NCBI GenBank assembly: GCA_945876185.1
Contig: CAMCMZ010000001.1
Location: forward strand, 66,310 to 130,309
DNA length: 64,000 nucleotides
Direction of reading: 5' to 3'
Source: Candidatus Kuenenia stuttgartensis
GTDB lineage: Bacteria > Planctomycetota > UBA11346
The notes beneath the pieces were generated by a model that was not told where the DNA came from, did not search any database, and saw nothing but the letters and a program-made list of their open reading frames with translations. The translations under genes were made by a program, and so were the position numbers. Position 1 is the first letter of the stretch. Each line of letters starts with the position of its first letter. Of this stretch, positions 1 to 9,987 are shown piece by piece.

Positions 1-606
1 GGCAAAGGGCTGGCGCTGATCGCTGCCGCGCTGTTTGTCGCGGGATTGCTGATTCTGCCGTTGTTTTCCGGCACCTCGCCCTGGTGTCGCACCGCCGCCG
101 ATCTGTTCCGCGACGGCAGTCTGGTGTTCGGTGGCGGCCACGTCGTGCTGCCGCTCCTGGCCGCGGATCTGGTCGACAGCGGGCTCATGCCGGCCGACCG
201 GTTCCTCGCCGGCTACGGCCTCGCCCAGGCGATGCCGGGGCCGATGTTCAGCTTCGCCGGGTTCCTTGGCGCGGCCCTGCATGGCCCTGGAATCGGTGCG
301 ATATTCGGGGGGATTCTCGCCCTGGTGGCGATCTTCCTGCCCGGCGCGCTGATCGCGCTTGCCGTTCTACCGCTCTGGAGCCGGCTGCGGTCACGCCCGC
401 TGGCCGCCGGCGCCGGTGCAGGTCTCGGAGCCGGCGTGGTCGGGATCCTCGGCGCGGCCTGCTACGACCCGGTGTTCACCAGCGCCATCCATCGCCCGGC
501 GGACCTCGCCCTGGCGATCGCCGCGTTCGCCGCCCTGACCGCGCTGCGCCTGCCACCTTGGGCCGTGGTCGCCGCCTGCGCTGGGATCGGTGCCCTGCGA
601 GGCTGA
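1..606 (+). CDS. chrA: chromate transporter (CHR/ChrA family), 5' end truncated by window edge
   Basis: Frame 1 is open from base 1 (the ORF track starts it at TTG 46). Translation GGGHVVLPLLAADLVDSGLM...FLAGYGLAQAMPGPMFSFAGFLG followed by Gly/Ala/Leu-rich helices fits the CHR-family pattern. Stop at 604-606. Confidence 0.7.
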   Translation, partial: GKGLALIAAALFVAGLLILPLFSGTSPWCRTAADLFRDGSLVFGGGHVVLPLLAADLVDSGLMPADRFLAGYGLAQAMPGPMFSFAGFLGAALHGPGIGAIFGGILALVAIFLPGALIALAVLPLWSRLRSRPLAAGAGAGLGAGVVGILGAACYDPVFTSAIHRPADLALAIAAFAALTALRLPPWAVVAACAGIGALRG

Positions 607-610
607 TCCC

Positions 611-925
611 CCTGGGACCGCCGGTTTCCAACCGGCAGGGAAGCAAGACCAGTCTGGTTTCCTGGGATGCGTCTTGGAAATCTGCCGGTTACAAACCGGC
701 GGTCCCAGGGGCTTGCCTTGGCCTGGGACCGCCGGTTTCCAACCGGCAGGGTAGCAAAAGCAGTCTGGTTGACCGGGATGCGTCGTGGAAATCTGCCGGT
801 TACAAACCGGCGGTACCAGGGGGCTTGCCTTGGCCTGGGACCGCCGGTTTCCAACCGGCAGGTCAGCAAAAGCAGTCTGCTTGACCGGGATGCGTCGAAT
901 ATTTCTGCCGGTTGGATACCGGGTC
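611..925. repeat. tandem array of three 111-112 bp units, each an inverted doublet of the CCTGGGACCGCC-hairpin element
   Basis: Units start at 611, 722 and 834 (CCTGGGACCGCCGGTTTCCAACCGGCAGG). Each carries the inverted copy CTGCCGGTTACAAACCGGCGGT(C/A)CCAGG (682-709, 793-820). The third unit degenerates after ~905. Located between the chrA stop and the SGNH hydrolase start. Confidence 0.9.
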
Positions 926-986
926 TTTTCGTGAGCCCTTCCCCAGATATGTCCACCATCCGCCACCACCCGCAAGGATTTCCACT

Positions 987-1652
987 ATGCCCCTGCTCTT
1001 CCAGCCCAAGGAAAAAATCGTCTGCATCGGTGATTCGGTCACCGACGCCGAACGCGCCAAGCCTATCGGTGAGGGTTTGTTCGGGGCGCTCGGCAAGGGC
1101 TGGGTGACCCAGGTCGATGCGCTGCTGTCGGTGACGTATCCCGCGCATCAGGTGCGGCTGGTCAACATGGGCACGAGCGGCAATCAGGTCACTCACCTCG
1201 CCCAGCGCTGGCAGACCGATGTCCTCGACCTCAAGCCCGACCACGTCGTTGTGATGATCGGCATCAACGATGTCTGGCGCCAGTTCGACCTGCCGCGTCA
1301 GCCGGAACAGCACGTTCTGCCGAAAGCCTACGAGGCCACCCTCGACAAGCTCGTCGCCAAGACCCTGCCCACGGTGAAGAGCCTGATCCTGATGACCCCG
1401 TTCATCATCGAATCCAGCCCGGCCGACGCGATGCGCGCGCGCATGGATGAATACGGTACCATCGTGCAGAAGATCGCGACCAAACGGAAGACCCGGTTCA
1501 TCGACACCCAGGCCGCCTTCAACCGTGTATTGGAGCACCAGCATTCGTCGTCGATCGCCTGGGACCGCATCCACCCGAACCAGGTCGGGCACATGGTGAT
1601 CGCGCGGGCGTTTTTGCAGGCGGTGGGGTTCGAGTGGAGCGGCGGTGAGTGA
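987..1652 (+). CDS. SGNH/GDSL-family hydrolase (lipase/esterase fold)
   Basis: ORF 912..1652. Start moved to ATG 987 (MPLLFQPKEKIVCIGDSVTD) because codons 912-986 lie in the repeat array. SGNH blocks are visible: GDS (CIGDSVTD), GTSGN, GINDV, DRIHPN..GH. Confidence 0.8.
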   Translation: MPLLFQPKEKIVCIGDSVTDAERAKPIGEGLFGALGKGWVTQVDALLSVTYPAHQVRLVNMGTSGNQVTHLAQRWQTDVLDLKPDHVVVMIGINDVWRQFDLPRQPEQHVLPKAYEATLDKLVAKTLPTVKSLILMTPFIIESSPADAMRARMDEYGTIVQKIATKRKTRFIDTQAAFNRVLEHQHSSSIAWDRIHPNQVGHMVIARAFLQAVGFEWSGGE

Positions 1653-1715
1653 TCGCCTGCAACCACGTCACTTAGGCCTGCGAACCGGGCACCGCTCGCC
1701 AGTGTGCTTGTCCAA

Positions 1716-2723
1716 CTAACGCCGCTTACGCTTCCACCCGCCCCCGCCCGGCCCGAAGCGCGAGAGCAGCCACCAGCTGAACCAGGCGATCAGCAGCATC
1801 GCGATGGTGAACAGGGTGTAGGCCAGCCACCAGGGGCAGTTGTACTTCTCAATGGTGAAGCGTGAGAATTCCGACATGCCGCCGATGCCGGCGAGGATGT
1901 TGAGCGGCGCGACCGCGACGGTGATCAACGAGAAGAACTTGAAGATGCGGTTCTGCTCGAAGTTGATGAAGCCGATCGAGGCATCGAGCAGGAACTGCAT
2001 CTTGTTGGCGGTGAATGACGCGTGGTCGGTGAGCTGCTGGATGTCGCGCTGGATCGCGGCGAGGCGGGCTTTCGACTCGGGGCCCATCCAGTCCTCGGTC
2101 GCCTGGCGCGCGAAAGTCACCATGCGGCCCTTGTCGACCAGCGACTCGCGCACCTTGCTGAGGATGTGGCCGGCGCGGCCGATGTTGATGAGGGCGCGCT
2201 GCAAGTCAGGTTCGACCTCTTCGCGTGGGCCATGATGGCGGAAGACTTTGCTCGACAGGTTCTCCAGCTCGACCGAGACGATCTCCAGCATGTCGGCCAG
2301 GCGTTCGACCGTGGTCTCGAGGATGCAGACGAAGGCGAGTTCGGCGCTGGTCGCGCCCGACTTCGGCGCGCGCTGGGGAAAGACCCGGAAGGTCCACGGT
2401 TCGTCGTAGCGCAGGGTGATCAGACGTTCGCGGCTGAAGATGAAGGTCACGGCGGTAGTGAGTGGTGACGGCGTTTCCGTCTTGGTGAGCATCGTCGCGG
2501 TCATGTAGACCACGTGCCCGTCGCGGTAGAGCCGGCTCGACGCTTCGATCTCCTGCATCTCGGCCTTGGTCGGCATGTCGAGATGGAAGGTCGATTCGAG
2601 GAGTTTCGATTCCTCCGGCGTGATCTCGACCACGTCGATCCAGGCCGCCGCCGGATGCAGCGCCTGGCCTTCCGCCTGACTTTTGCAGAGGCCCTTGTCC
2701 GTGGTAGTCCAGGAGGTGATCAC
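1716..2723 (-). CDS. CorA-like divalent cation channel with GMS instead of the canonical GMN motif
   Basis: 335 aa with a long soluble N-terminal domain and two C-terminal TM helices. The CorA signature position reads LAGIGGMSEF (GMS codons at 1872-1880). Basic tail WKRKRR. Confidence 0.65.
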   Translation of the reverse strand: MITSWTTTDKGLCKSQAEGQALHPAAAWIDVVEITPEESKLLESTFHLDMPTKAEMQEIEASSRLYRDGHVVYMTATMLTKTETPSPLTTAVTFIFSRERLITLRYDEPWTFRVFPQRAPKSGATSAELAFVCILETTVERLADMLEIVSVELENLSSKVFRHHGPREEVEPDLQRALINIGRAGHILSKVRESLVDKGRMVTFARQATEDWMGPESKARLAAIQRDIQQLTDHASFTANKMQFLLDASIGFINFEQNRIFKFFSLITVAVAPLNILAGIGGMSEFSRFTIEKYNCPWWLAYTLFTIAMLLIAWFSWWLLSRFGPGGGGWKRKRR

Positions 2724-2782
2724 GCGGGCGGTGGATTACTTGCGCGGAGCAACCGGCGCAAGCGCGGGAGTCGCCGTTGCCC

Positions 2783-2875
2783 CAGGGTGCCTCAAAAGTC
2801 GGCCTTCCTGGGAGCGCCGGCGTCTCGCCGGCCGGGAAAGCAGCATCCGCAGGATGCCGCCTGGCCAGTGCCCGC
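2783..2875. repeat. truncated copy of the ~94 bp hairpin element also seen at 48984-49077
   Basis: GGTGCCTCAAAAGTCGGCCTTCCTGGGAGCGCCGGCGTCTCGCCGGCCGGGAAAGCAGCATCCGCAGGATGCC is near-identical to 48983-49055. It lacks the right terminal inverted repeat. Located in the divergent spacer between the corA-like and radical SAM genes. Confidence 0.85.
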
Positions 2876-2959
2876 CGTCGCCGCCGTTGCGACCCGCTCA
2901 GAGCAGGCTGGGGCGGTTCGTGACTGGCCCGCCGGCGTTGACCCGCTCTGATCCCACCC

Positions 2960-3814
2960 GTGACCGCACTCTTCGCCAGCCATCCCCGCCTGTGGGCGGG
3001 CAACGCGTACGTCTACCCCGTGGTCAGCCGGCGTTCGCGCGGGTTGTCGCTCGGGGTGAACTTGAACCCCGACAAGGTCTGCAACTTCGACTGCGTGTAC
3101 TGCTCGGTCGACCGGAACGTCGAGCCCACCGTGCGCCACGTCGATCTTGCCGTGGTCGCGCGAGAACTGGAAGCGATCCTCGATCCTGCGGCCTCGGGCA
3201 CGCTGTTTGCCGCGCCGCCTTTCGACCAGACGCCAGCGGCGCTGCGGCGCCTGAACGACGTGGCCTTCAGCGGCGACGGCGAGCCGACCGCCTATCCGCA
3301 GTTCGCCGCCGCGCTGGATCTCGCGGTGCGGGCGCTCGATGCGCGCGGTCTTTCCCAGGTGAAGGTGGTGGTGATCACCAACGCGACCCTGTTCGACCGC
3401 CCCGCCGTCGCCGACGCGCTGGTCGCGCTCGACCGCCGCGCGAGCGAGGTCTGGGCCAAGCTCGACGCCGGCACGGACGAGCACTTCGCCCGCGTCGACC
3501 GCAGCCGGTTTCCGCTCGACCGGATCTGCGCCAACCTGCTGGCGCTCGGTCGCCGCCGGCCGCTGGTGATCCAATCGCTGTTCCTGCGCGTCGCGGGTGT
3601 GCCGCCGTCGTCGGTCGAGATCGTGGCGTACCTCGACCGCTTGCGCGATTTGCGCTCCGGTGGCTGCCGCATCAGCCGGGTCCAGGTCTACACCACCGCG
3701 CGGCCGACCGCCGAAAATACCTGCGCCCCGCTGACCCGGACCGAGGTCGATGCGATCGCCGCTGGCGTGCGTGCGCTCGGCATTGAGGCCGAGGCGTTCT
3801 ACGCGCCGGAGTGA
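2960..3814 (+). CDS. radical SAM domain protein (function unknown)
   Basis: 284 aa with a GTG start. CxxxCxxC cluster CNFDCVYC near the N-terminus, and SGDGEPT (SAM-binding GGE-like motif) downstream. Confidence 0.75.
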   Translation: MTALFASHPRLWAGNAYVYPVVSRRSRGLSLGVNLNPDKVCNFDCVYCSVDRNVEPTVRHVDLAVVARELEAILDPAASGTLFAAPPFDQTPAALRRLNDVAFSGDGEPTAYPQFAAALDLAVRALDARGLSQVKVVVITNATLFDRPAVADALVALDRRASEVWAKLDAGTDEHFARVDRSRFPLDRICANLLALGRRRPLVIQSLFLRVAGVPPSSVEIVAYLDRLRDLRSGGCRISRVQVYTTARPTAENTCAPLTRTEVDAIAAGVRALGIEAEAFYAPE

Positions 3815-3949
3815 ACTGGGGGCATCTTGTCTGCCAGTCCATCCACCCGGTCTATTCCAATCCATTGGATAACCCCAGAAAGCCCAGCGGTTCCTGAGCG
3901 ACGGACTATCGCGCCCTTGAGTTCTGGCTATTCTGGCTAGATTCCTTTC

Positions 3950-4219
3950 ATGACCCACTCATCCACCTGGCAACTGCACGAGGCGAAGAATCGCCTCAGC
4001 GAGATGATTCACGCGGTCAAAGAGCACGGACCCCAGACGATCACCCGGCATGGGGTACCGGTGGTGGTGCTGGTGCCCGTCGGCCCGGCGACCGCGTTGG
4101 ACGGATCGCCCTCAGCCTGGGAACTGCTGCGGGATGATGTGGTGGCAGAATTGGGCGGGCCGCCGCCCGTGCCGGAGCGGGTGGTGGAGGCGTCGCCCGT
4201 GGCCACGTTGCCATGGTAG
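3950..4219 (+). CDS. type II antitoxin, Phd/YefM family
   Basis: 89 aa. N-terminus TWQLHEAKNRLSEMIHAVKEHGPQTITRHGVPVVVLVP is the Phd/YefM pattern. It overlaps the downstream PIN toxin gene by 7 nt. Confidence 0.8.
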   Translation: MTHSSTWQLHEAKNRLSEMIHAVKEHGPQTITRHGVPVVVLVPVGPATALDGSPSAWELLRDDVVAELGGPPPVPERVVEASPVATLPW

Positions 4220-4674
4220 GAGGCTACCTGCTGGATACCTGTGTGGTGTCCGAGACCGGGAAGCCGCGTCCTGACGCGAACGTCGAGCACTGGTTGCGTC
4301 ATCTGCCAGCCCATCGGATCTGGACCAGCGTGCTGGTGCTGGGCGAACTCCAGCACGGAATAGCGCTGCTGGAAGAAAGCCCCCGCCGTCGCGCTTTGGT
4401 GGCATGGTTGGGCCGTCAGCGCGCCTGTTTCGGAGAGCGCTGCCTGGGTATCGATGAGGCCGGCGCCCGAGCCTGGGGCGATCTGTACGCAGCCAGGCAA
4501 CGCCAGGGCCGACCTCTGCCGGTGATTGATGGCCTGCTGGCCGCGACTGCCATCGTGCGCGGACTCGCGTTGGTCACCCGCAATGTGACCGACTTTGCCG
4601 ACTGCGGCTTAAACCTGGTGAATCCCTGGGCGGGGACAGAGCAAACGCCAGCGGATTTGCTCAACCCACCTTGA
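4213..4674 (+). CDS. vapC: type II toxin, PIN-domain ribonuclease VapC/FitB-like
   Basis: 153 aa. [10 protein letters not shown] (N-terminal acidic residue), LGELQHG, and C-terminal LVTRNVTDF are typical of VapC. Translationally coupled to the upstream antitoxin. Confidence 0.8.
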   Translation: MVGGYLLDTCVVSETGKPRPDANVEHWLRHLPAHRIWTSVLVLGELQHGIALLEESPRRRALVAWLGRQRACFGERCLGIDEAGARAWGDLYAARQRQGRPLPVIDGLLAATAIVRGLALVTRNVTDFADCGLNLVNPWAGTEQTPADLLNPP

Positions 4675-7567
4675 ACCGCGCCACGGCCGCGTTGAGTTCC
4701 TGACTCAGTTTCGCCAGGTCGCGCGCGGCGGCACCGGCCTCGCCGGCGGCGGTGTCAGTCCGGCGCGATTCCTCGGCGACGGTGGCGATGCCGCCGGCGA
4801 TGCCGGTCGCGCCCTGGGCGGCCTCCTGCACCGAACGGCCCATTTCGCTCGTGGTCGCGGCCTGTTCCTCGACCGCGGACGCGACGGTCTGCTGCAAGGC
4901 GTCGATGCGCTGGATGGTGCCGTCAACGGCGGCGAGTTCGCTGGCGGTGGTGCGCAGGCCCTGCTGGATCTGGCCGATGCGGGTGGCGACCTCGCCGCTC
5001 GCCTTCTGGGTCTGGCGTGCGAGTTCCTTCACCTCGCCGGCCACGACGGCGAAGCCCTTGCCAGCGTCTCCGGCGCGCGCGGCCTCGATGGTGGCGTTGA
5101 GCGCGAGCAGATTCACCTGATCGGCGATGTCGTTGATCAGCTTGATGATCGAGCCGATCTCATCGCCGACCTTGGCCAGGGCGGCCATGCCGGCGTTGGC
5201 GCGGCTGCTCGCCGCCACGCCATCTTTCGCGGCGCCGGCGGCCTGCTGCGCGGTGCGGGCGATCTCGCGCGTGCTGGCGTCGAGTTCCTGCACCGCGGTG
5301 GCGACGGCGGCGACGGCGGCGGAGACCTGCGACGCGGTGCTGGCGACGGACTGGGCCTGGCGTGCGGTCTCGCTGGCGGAACTCCCCAGCCCGCTGCCGA
5401 TGCCGGTCAGGCGGGTCGATTGCTCTGCCAGACCCTTGGCGTTGCTGGCGATGGTGCGGACCGCCGCCGCCATCGCGGCAAGGGCGCGGTCGAGCGCGCC
5501 GGCCATGCGGCCGAACTCGTCGCTGCGCTTGAGGTCCAGCCGGGCGGTGAGATCGCCATCGGCGACGGTGCCCAAGGCGCGTTCGGCCAGCACCGCCGGG
5601 CGGGCGAAGCGCGCGCCCAGGGCCAGGCTGACGAGCAGACCAACCACCGTCACCGCCAGTCCGGCCAGGGCGAGATGGATCGCGACGCCCAGGCTGCGCT
5701 GCACCGCATCGCGGCTGATCTGCTGCGGGATCTCCAAGAGTTCTTCAGCGGGCTGAGTGGTGGCCACGCCGAAACGTTGCGATCCGATGGTGAGCGGCGT
5801 CCAGGCGCAGAACTTCTGCACGCCTTCGAAGGAATACGCCGAGGTGCCCTCCTGCCCCGTCAGGATCCGGTCCCGCACGATCGCGGCCAGTTCAACCCCG
5901 CGCTTGGGATCGCTCAGGTCCACGCCGTCCTTGAGCGTGTACTTCGGGTGCGAGATCAGCACGCCCCGATCATTGATCATCCACGGATAGCCGGTGCGGC
6001 CATAGCGATGGCTTTTGAAAGCGGCGGAAACCACCGCCCAGTCGAGATTGATCGTTACTAGGCCCAACGTTCTGCCGGCCTGGGCAATGGGTACCACGGC
6101 GCGCAGTTCCGACCGACCGGTGTTGGCAGAGAGTTCCACTGAGTGGAAGTAGATCTTGCCGGGTGGTGCCACCAGACCGGCCTTGCACCACTCCAACTGG
6201 ATCTTGGGTTTCAACTCGGCGGCCGGCTTGCCATCGATGATCGCGACCTGTTCCATGCCCTTGGCGTCGAGCACCCGCAACTGGCTGTACATCGGCCGAG
6301 TCTTCCCATCGATAGTCACGACTGCCGAGTCATGGAGTCGGATCAGATCGGCTTGCAAGGACGCGGCGCAGCGTCGGCTGTCCTCGGCGACCACCCCTGC
6401 CACCGGGCCAGTGTACAGCAGGGTCCAACCCCAGCTCGGCATGCGGACATAGGCGGCGAAGCGAGGTTCGTTGTTGATCACGTAATCGAATGAGGCCGCC
6501 TGGCCTTCGGGCAGGGTCGAGGCCACGATCGGGCGGAAGCTTTCCAGTTTCAGGTCTTCGAGCACCCGCTTGCCCAGGCGTTCGGGATTCAGGTGGAAGA
6601 TCAGTCGGCCGATCCCGTCCATCACCGCCCCGTAACCACCCGGGATGCCGAACTCGGCAGCCAAAATCCGGCGTTTGATGTCGATGGCCTCAGTCAGGTC
6701 GTAGCCGACGAACGTCATGCCCACGACCTTCGCCCCGCTGTCGAGCAGGGGCTTGTAGGCCGTCATGCACCAGGTGTCGACCACCTTCGCCACGCCGACG
6801 TAGGTCTTGCCGGCCAAGACGCTGGCGATGACCGGATTCGGACTGCCATCGGTGCGCAGTACGGGAATGAACGTCCCGACTGCACGATTGCCCTCGGCGG
6901 TCTTGACGCTGGTGGCGATGCGCAGCATGGCACCGGCATCGTCAAGGCGTTGGAAGACGGTGCAGCGATTGCCGGTCAACCGAGTGACTTCATCGACCAC
7001 CGGGGCCTCGCTGCCGAAAGTGGCGATCTTTGGCAACGGACGATCATCGAACAGCATCTGCGGCAGTTCGAACGTGGCCGTCTTGCGGGAGTCCTGGTCG
7101 GTGATCTCCCACGTCGCGGTGATCGTTCCCAGGTTGGGCGTGCCGCGCAGCAACAACAGCCGTTCCGCCACGGCGACGTTGCCTTGCAACTGGCTCGCGA
7201 TGGTCTGGCGTTGGATCTGGAATTCGCGCGCTGTCGCCGTCAGACTGCGTTCGACCTCTGCCTTGGTCGGGGCGATGGCCTCGCTTCCCCCGGCAAGGTT
7301 GGTCAACAAAGGCCGCAACTTGCCCAACTGGGTCAGGCCCTGGATGTCGGATTCGACCCGCTCAACGATCGCCGCCACCTGATCGCGTTCGCGTCGTGCC
7401 CCATCAAGCAGAACGGAACGCTGGGATTCCTCCATCTTGGTGGCGGCCTCGGTCGCGGTGGTCTGCAAGGCCGCCCGGAACGACCACAAGGCCACCAGGG
7501 CCAGCACCAGCGACGGCACCAGAACCAGGGCGAGGGAAACGAACGAGAGTTTGGCGCGGATGTTCAT
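4661..7567 (-). CDS. methyl-accepting chemotaxis protein with a large periplasmic (double Cache-like) sensor, HAMP and MCP signalling domain
   Basis: 968 aa with an N-terminal TM, a ~600 aa periplasmic region, a second TM and a HAMP-like segment. Contains the highly conserved hairpin [33 protein letters not shown]. Confidence 0.9.
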   Translation of the reverse strand: MNIRAKLSFVSLALVLVPSLVLALVALWSFRAALQTTATEAATKMEESQRSVLLDGARRERDQVAAIVERVESDIQGLTQLGKLRPLLTNLAGGSEAIAPTKAEVERSLTATAREFQIQRQTIASQLQGNVAVAERLLLLRGTPNLGTITATWEITDQDSRKTATFELPQMLFDDRPLPKIATFGSEAPVVDEVTRLTGNRCTVFQRLDDAGAMLRIATSVKTAEGNRAVGTFIPVLRTDGSPNPVIASVLAGKTYVGVAKVVDTWCMTAYKPLLDSGAKVVGMTFVGYDLTEAIDIKRRILAAEFGIPGGYGAVMDGIGRLIFHLNPERLGKRVLEDLKLESFRPIVASTLPEGQAASFDYVINNEPRFAAYVRMPSWGWTLLYTGPVAGVVAEDSRRCAASLQADLIRLHDSAVVTIDGKTRPMYSQLRVLDAKGMEQVAIIDGKPAAELKPKIQLEWCKAGLVAPPGKIYFHSVELSANTGRSELRAVVPIAQAGRTLGLVTINLDWAVVSAAFKSHRYGRTGYPWMINDRGVLISHPKYTLKDGVDLSDPKRGVELAAIVRDRILTGQEGTSAYSFEGVQKFCAWTPLTIGSQRFGVATTQPAEELLEIPQQISRDAVQRSLGVAIHLALAGLAVTVVGLLVSLALGARFARPAVLAERALGTVADGDLTARLDLKRSDEFGRMAGALDRALAAMAAAVRTIASNAKGLAEQSTRLTGIGSGLGSSASETARQAQSVASTASQVSAAVAAVATAVQELDASTREIARTAQQAAGAAKDGVAASSRANAGMAALAKVGDEIGSIIKLINDIADQVNLLALNATIEAARAGDAGKGFAVVAGEVKELARQTQKASGEVATRIGQIQQGLRTTASELAAVDGTIQRIDALQQTVASAVEEQAATTSEMGRSVQEAAQGATGIAGGIATVAEESRRTDTAAGEAGAAARDLAKLSQELNAAVARFKVG

Positions 7568-7713
7568 AGGGTTTGAGGCGCGATGCAGCGCCTCAATGAT
7601 TACCCTACGAACGGGTTAGGCGAAAGCGGGATTTGCCCAGTTTTCAGGGCGAAGGGGAATCCATCTGGGCGGGTTACCGATCGCAGCCGTTCCCAGAGTC
7701 GAGCGGGGGACGC

Positions 7714-9447
7714 CTATTGCAGGCCCTGGAAGAACAGCTCGTCCAGTTCGGGCGCGGCGCCGAACGAGTTGAGCGCTTCGCTGTAGCGGTAGTAGACCTC
7801 GAGGCAGAGCGCGCCCAGGGCCGTGGTGTAGACCCGGCCGGCGGCTTTGCCCCAGCGGTCGCCCTTGGGGTCCCAGCTGCCGGCGTGTTCGCCGGTACGG
7901 GTCTGGAACTCGAGGAGGACGTCGCGGATCTTGCGGTTCCACCAGATGCGGTGCTCGCCACCCATGTTGTGCATGGCGTAGGTGGCGTAGTACCAGTAGT
8001 AGAAATCCTTTTGCGGCCAGGTCGGCGCGAAGCGGCGGACGATGTTGGCGCCTTTGACCAGCAGGTGGCTGCTCACGCCCATGCCGTTGAATTGGCGGAT
8101 GACCATGCTGGCCGAGGTCATGACCCCGAGGTGGGTCACCGTTTGCTGGTTCTCGTAATAGACCTCGCCGTTGGAATGCTGCGCGCCGCCCTCGTTGGTG
8201 ACGCTGTCGAGGTAGTTGAGCGCCTGAGAAAAGACCCGGCTTTCAAATTTGACCTGGGCGAGCTTGGCGGTCTTGAACGCCTGGATGAACCAGGCGGTGA
8301 CCGAGGTGTCGGTGCTGGCGGAATTCGGTTCATAGCGCCAGCCGCCGCTGGTGTTGACGGCTTTGGCGCTGAAGTCGATCGCGCGCTGGGACGCGCTCTG
8401 CAGGTTCTCATCGTGGGCCCGGCCGAAGGCCTCGCACACCGCGATGGTGCAGATCGCGTGGGTGTAGAGGTTCTCCCGCGATTCGCTCCAGAAACGGCCG
8501 TTGGCGTCCTGGTGCCGCAGGATGTAATCGAGGCCCTTGATCACGTTGCGGCGGTATTCGCCGCGCCGGGTGTTATGGCCGCCGCCCATGAAGGCGAGGC
8601 AGGATAGGGCGGTCACCGCCAGGCTGGCACTGGCCTCGCCCTCGTAGCGCTCGGCCTTCCATCCGCCATCTGCCTCTTGGTGGATGGCGAGCCAGTGCAG
8701 GGCGGCATCGACGGCGGTGCGCGCCTTGATCCCGCCGGACCGATCCATGGTGCGCATGAAGTCGCCGGTGCCAAAAAGGTTGATGTCCATCGGCCCAAGT
8801 TGGCCGCTGGCCTTGACTTCTTGCTCGCCGAACTGCTTGGGCAGGGCGGTGAGGTGCTTGCCGGGCCGCGGCGCCATCGAGATGTGGTGGACCATGGGCA
8901 GGTCGCTCGGGCGCGGCTCCTTGTATTTGAAGATGTCGGCCGGCTTGAGCGAGTCGGCGGCGATGGTGTTGAGCGCCACCGTCACCGTTTCGGAAACCTG
9001 GGTGATCTCGACCGGCGCCTCCTGGACCTCGACGTTGGTGGCGGTGACATCGATCTTGGGCGAGGTGATGTCGACGTTCTTGGACTTGACGATCTCCTGG
9101 GTGTTCTCGACCGGGTTGGGATCGGTGGTCATCTGGATGTTGGGACGTTCCTCCTTCAGGACCTCCTCCGGCTTCATCTCCTCCTGGCGCTCCTTGATGA
9201 TGTCGCGCACCGGATCCTTGAGCTTCATCTCCTCGGGCTTGACGTCGGCGACCGAGAACTGGAACTCTTCAAGTTTTTTCAGCTTGTCGCCGACCCCACC
9301 CATCCGCCACACCAGCGCCCCGGCGGCGAAGGCGACGGCAGAGACCAGCCCGATCACCAGGGCGCGCTTGTCGAGAATGGTCTCGGCCGCAGCCGTACGC
9401 CGGCGGCGCTTGCGGTTCTCAGCGGGGATCTCGGCGGCGGTGGGCAT
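7714..9447 (-). CDS. membrane-anchored prenyltransferase/squalene-oxidase-repeat (alpha/alpha toroid) protein with TonB/TolA-like N-terminal layout
   Basis: 577 aa. Basic tail (RKRRRR), one TM (LVIGLVSAVAFAAGALVW), and a Glu/Lys/Pro-rich spacer (KPEEMKLKDP...EEMKPEEVLKEERP). The C-terminal ~330 aa carry QW-like repeats HQEADGGW, HQDANGRFW, NTSGGW, HAGSW. Last gene of the TPR-TPR-exbB-exbD operon. Confidence 0.65.
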   Translation of the reverse strand: MPTAAEIPAENRKRRRRTAAAETILDKRALVIGLVSAVAFAAGALVWRMGGVGDKLKKLEEFQFSVADVKPEEMKLKDPVRDIIKERQEEMKPEEVLKEERPNIQMTTDPNPVENTQEIVKSKNVDITSPKIDVTATNVEVQEAPVEITQVSETVTVALNTIAADSLKPADIFKYKEPRPSDLPMVHHISMAPRPGKHLTALPKQFGEQEVKASGQLGPMDINLFGTGDFMRTMDRSGGIKARTAVDAALHWLAIHQEADGGWKAERYEGEASASLAVTALSCLAFMGGGHNTRRGEYRRNVIKGLDYILRHQDANGRFWSESRENLYTHAICTIAVCEAFGRAHDENLQSASQRAIDFSAKAVNTSGGWRYEPNSASTDTSVTAWFIQAFKTAKLAQVKFESRVFSQALNYLDSVTNEGGAQHSNGEVYYENQQTVTHLGVMTSASMVIRQFNGMGVSSHLLVKGANIVRRFAPTWPQKDFYYWYYATYAMHNMGGEHRIWWNRKIRDVLLEFQTRTGEHAGSWDPKGDRWGKAAGRVYTTALGALCLEVYYRYSEALNSFGAAPELDELFFQGLQ

Positions 9448-9467
9448 GACAGGTTCCGATCGATCAG

Positions 9468-9520
9468 GACGTGGCGAAAAAGACGTGGCGAAAAAGCAGA
9501 TGGCGAAAAAGCAGAGCGAA
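9468..9520. repeat. 14-15 bp tandem repeat (GACGTGGCGAAAAA x2, GCAGATGGCGAAAAA, partial) in the exbD-downstream spacer
   Basis: Read directly: 9468-9481, 9482-9495 and 9496-9510, plus a partial unit to 9520. It fills most of the 81 nt gap between the exbD stop (9529) and the next start (9447). Confidence 0.8.
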
Positions 9521-9528
9521 TCGCAGGC

Positions 9529-9966
9529 TCAATCTTTGACCTCGACGGTGGCCGAGACCTTGGTGATTCCGGCCTGGGCGCAGGCGCTCATGACCGCAGC
9601 CACATGCTCCCATTTCACGTTGCGGTCGCCACGGATGACTACCTCCTGGTCGGGGTTCTTGACCTTGGCCCGACTCAGGCTGGTGACCATGCGCGGGACG
9701 CTCATGACCTCGTTCTCAATGTGGTAGACTGGCGGCTTGCTGCCGCCTTGGAAGCGGACGTTGACGATCACCGGGCGGGCAGGCGGGGCCTTCGATTTGA
9801 CCTCTTTGCCCTGGGTCGGCAGGTTGATCGTGAGATCCTGTTCCAGGCTGTCGATGAACGAGGAGCACACCAGCAGGAAGAGGATGATGGCGAAGATGGC
9901 GTCGACCATCGGCGTCATGTCGATGCTCATCGCCTCGTAGGGTTCGCGGTCGAATTTCAGGGCCAT
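9529..9966 (-). CDS. exbD: biopolymer transport protein ExbD/TolR
   Basis: 145 aa. SIDMTPMVDAIFAIILFLLV is the single TM carrying the conserved Asp, followed by a periplasmic domain (VVIRGDRNVKWEHVAAVMSACAQAGI). Confidence 0.9.
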   Translation of the reverse strand: MALKFDREPYEAMSIDMTPMVDAIFAIILFLLVCSSFIDSLEQDLTINLPTQGKEVKSKAPPARPVIVNVRFQGGSKPPVYHIENEVMSVPRMVTSLSRAKVKNPDQEVVIRGDRNVKWEHVAAVMSACAQAGITKVSATVEVKD

Positions 9967-9987
9967 GGGAGGTTCCTTGCCAGCGCT

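Noticed and set aside
611-925. Possible CRISPR array (regular ~111 bp periodicity)
   Set aside because: The whole unit, including the would-be spacers, is repeated near-identically. Repeats are inverted doublets related to dispersed elements. No cas genes or leader are present.
2960-3814. Radical SAM protein as a viperin-like antiviral enzyme next to a TA module
   Set aside because: Only the generic CxxxCxxC and GGE-like motifs are visible. The sequence outside them does not resemble the viperin pattern I recall, and the adjacency to VapBC is not evidence of a defence island.
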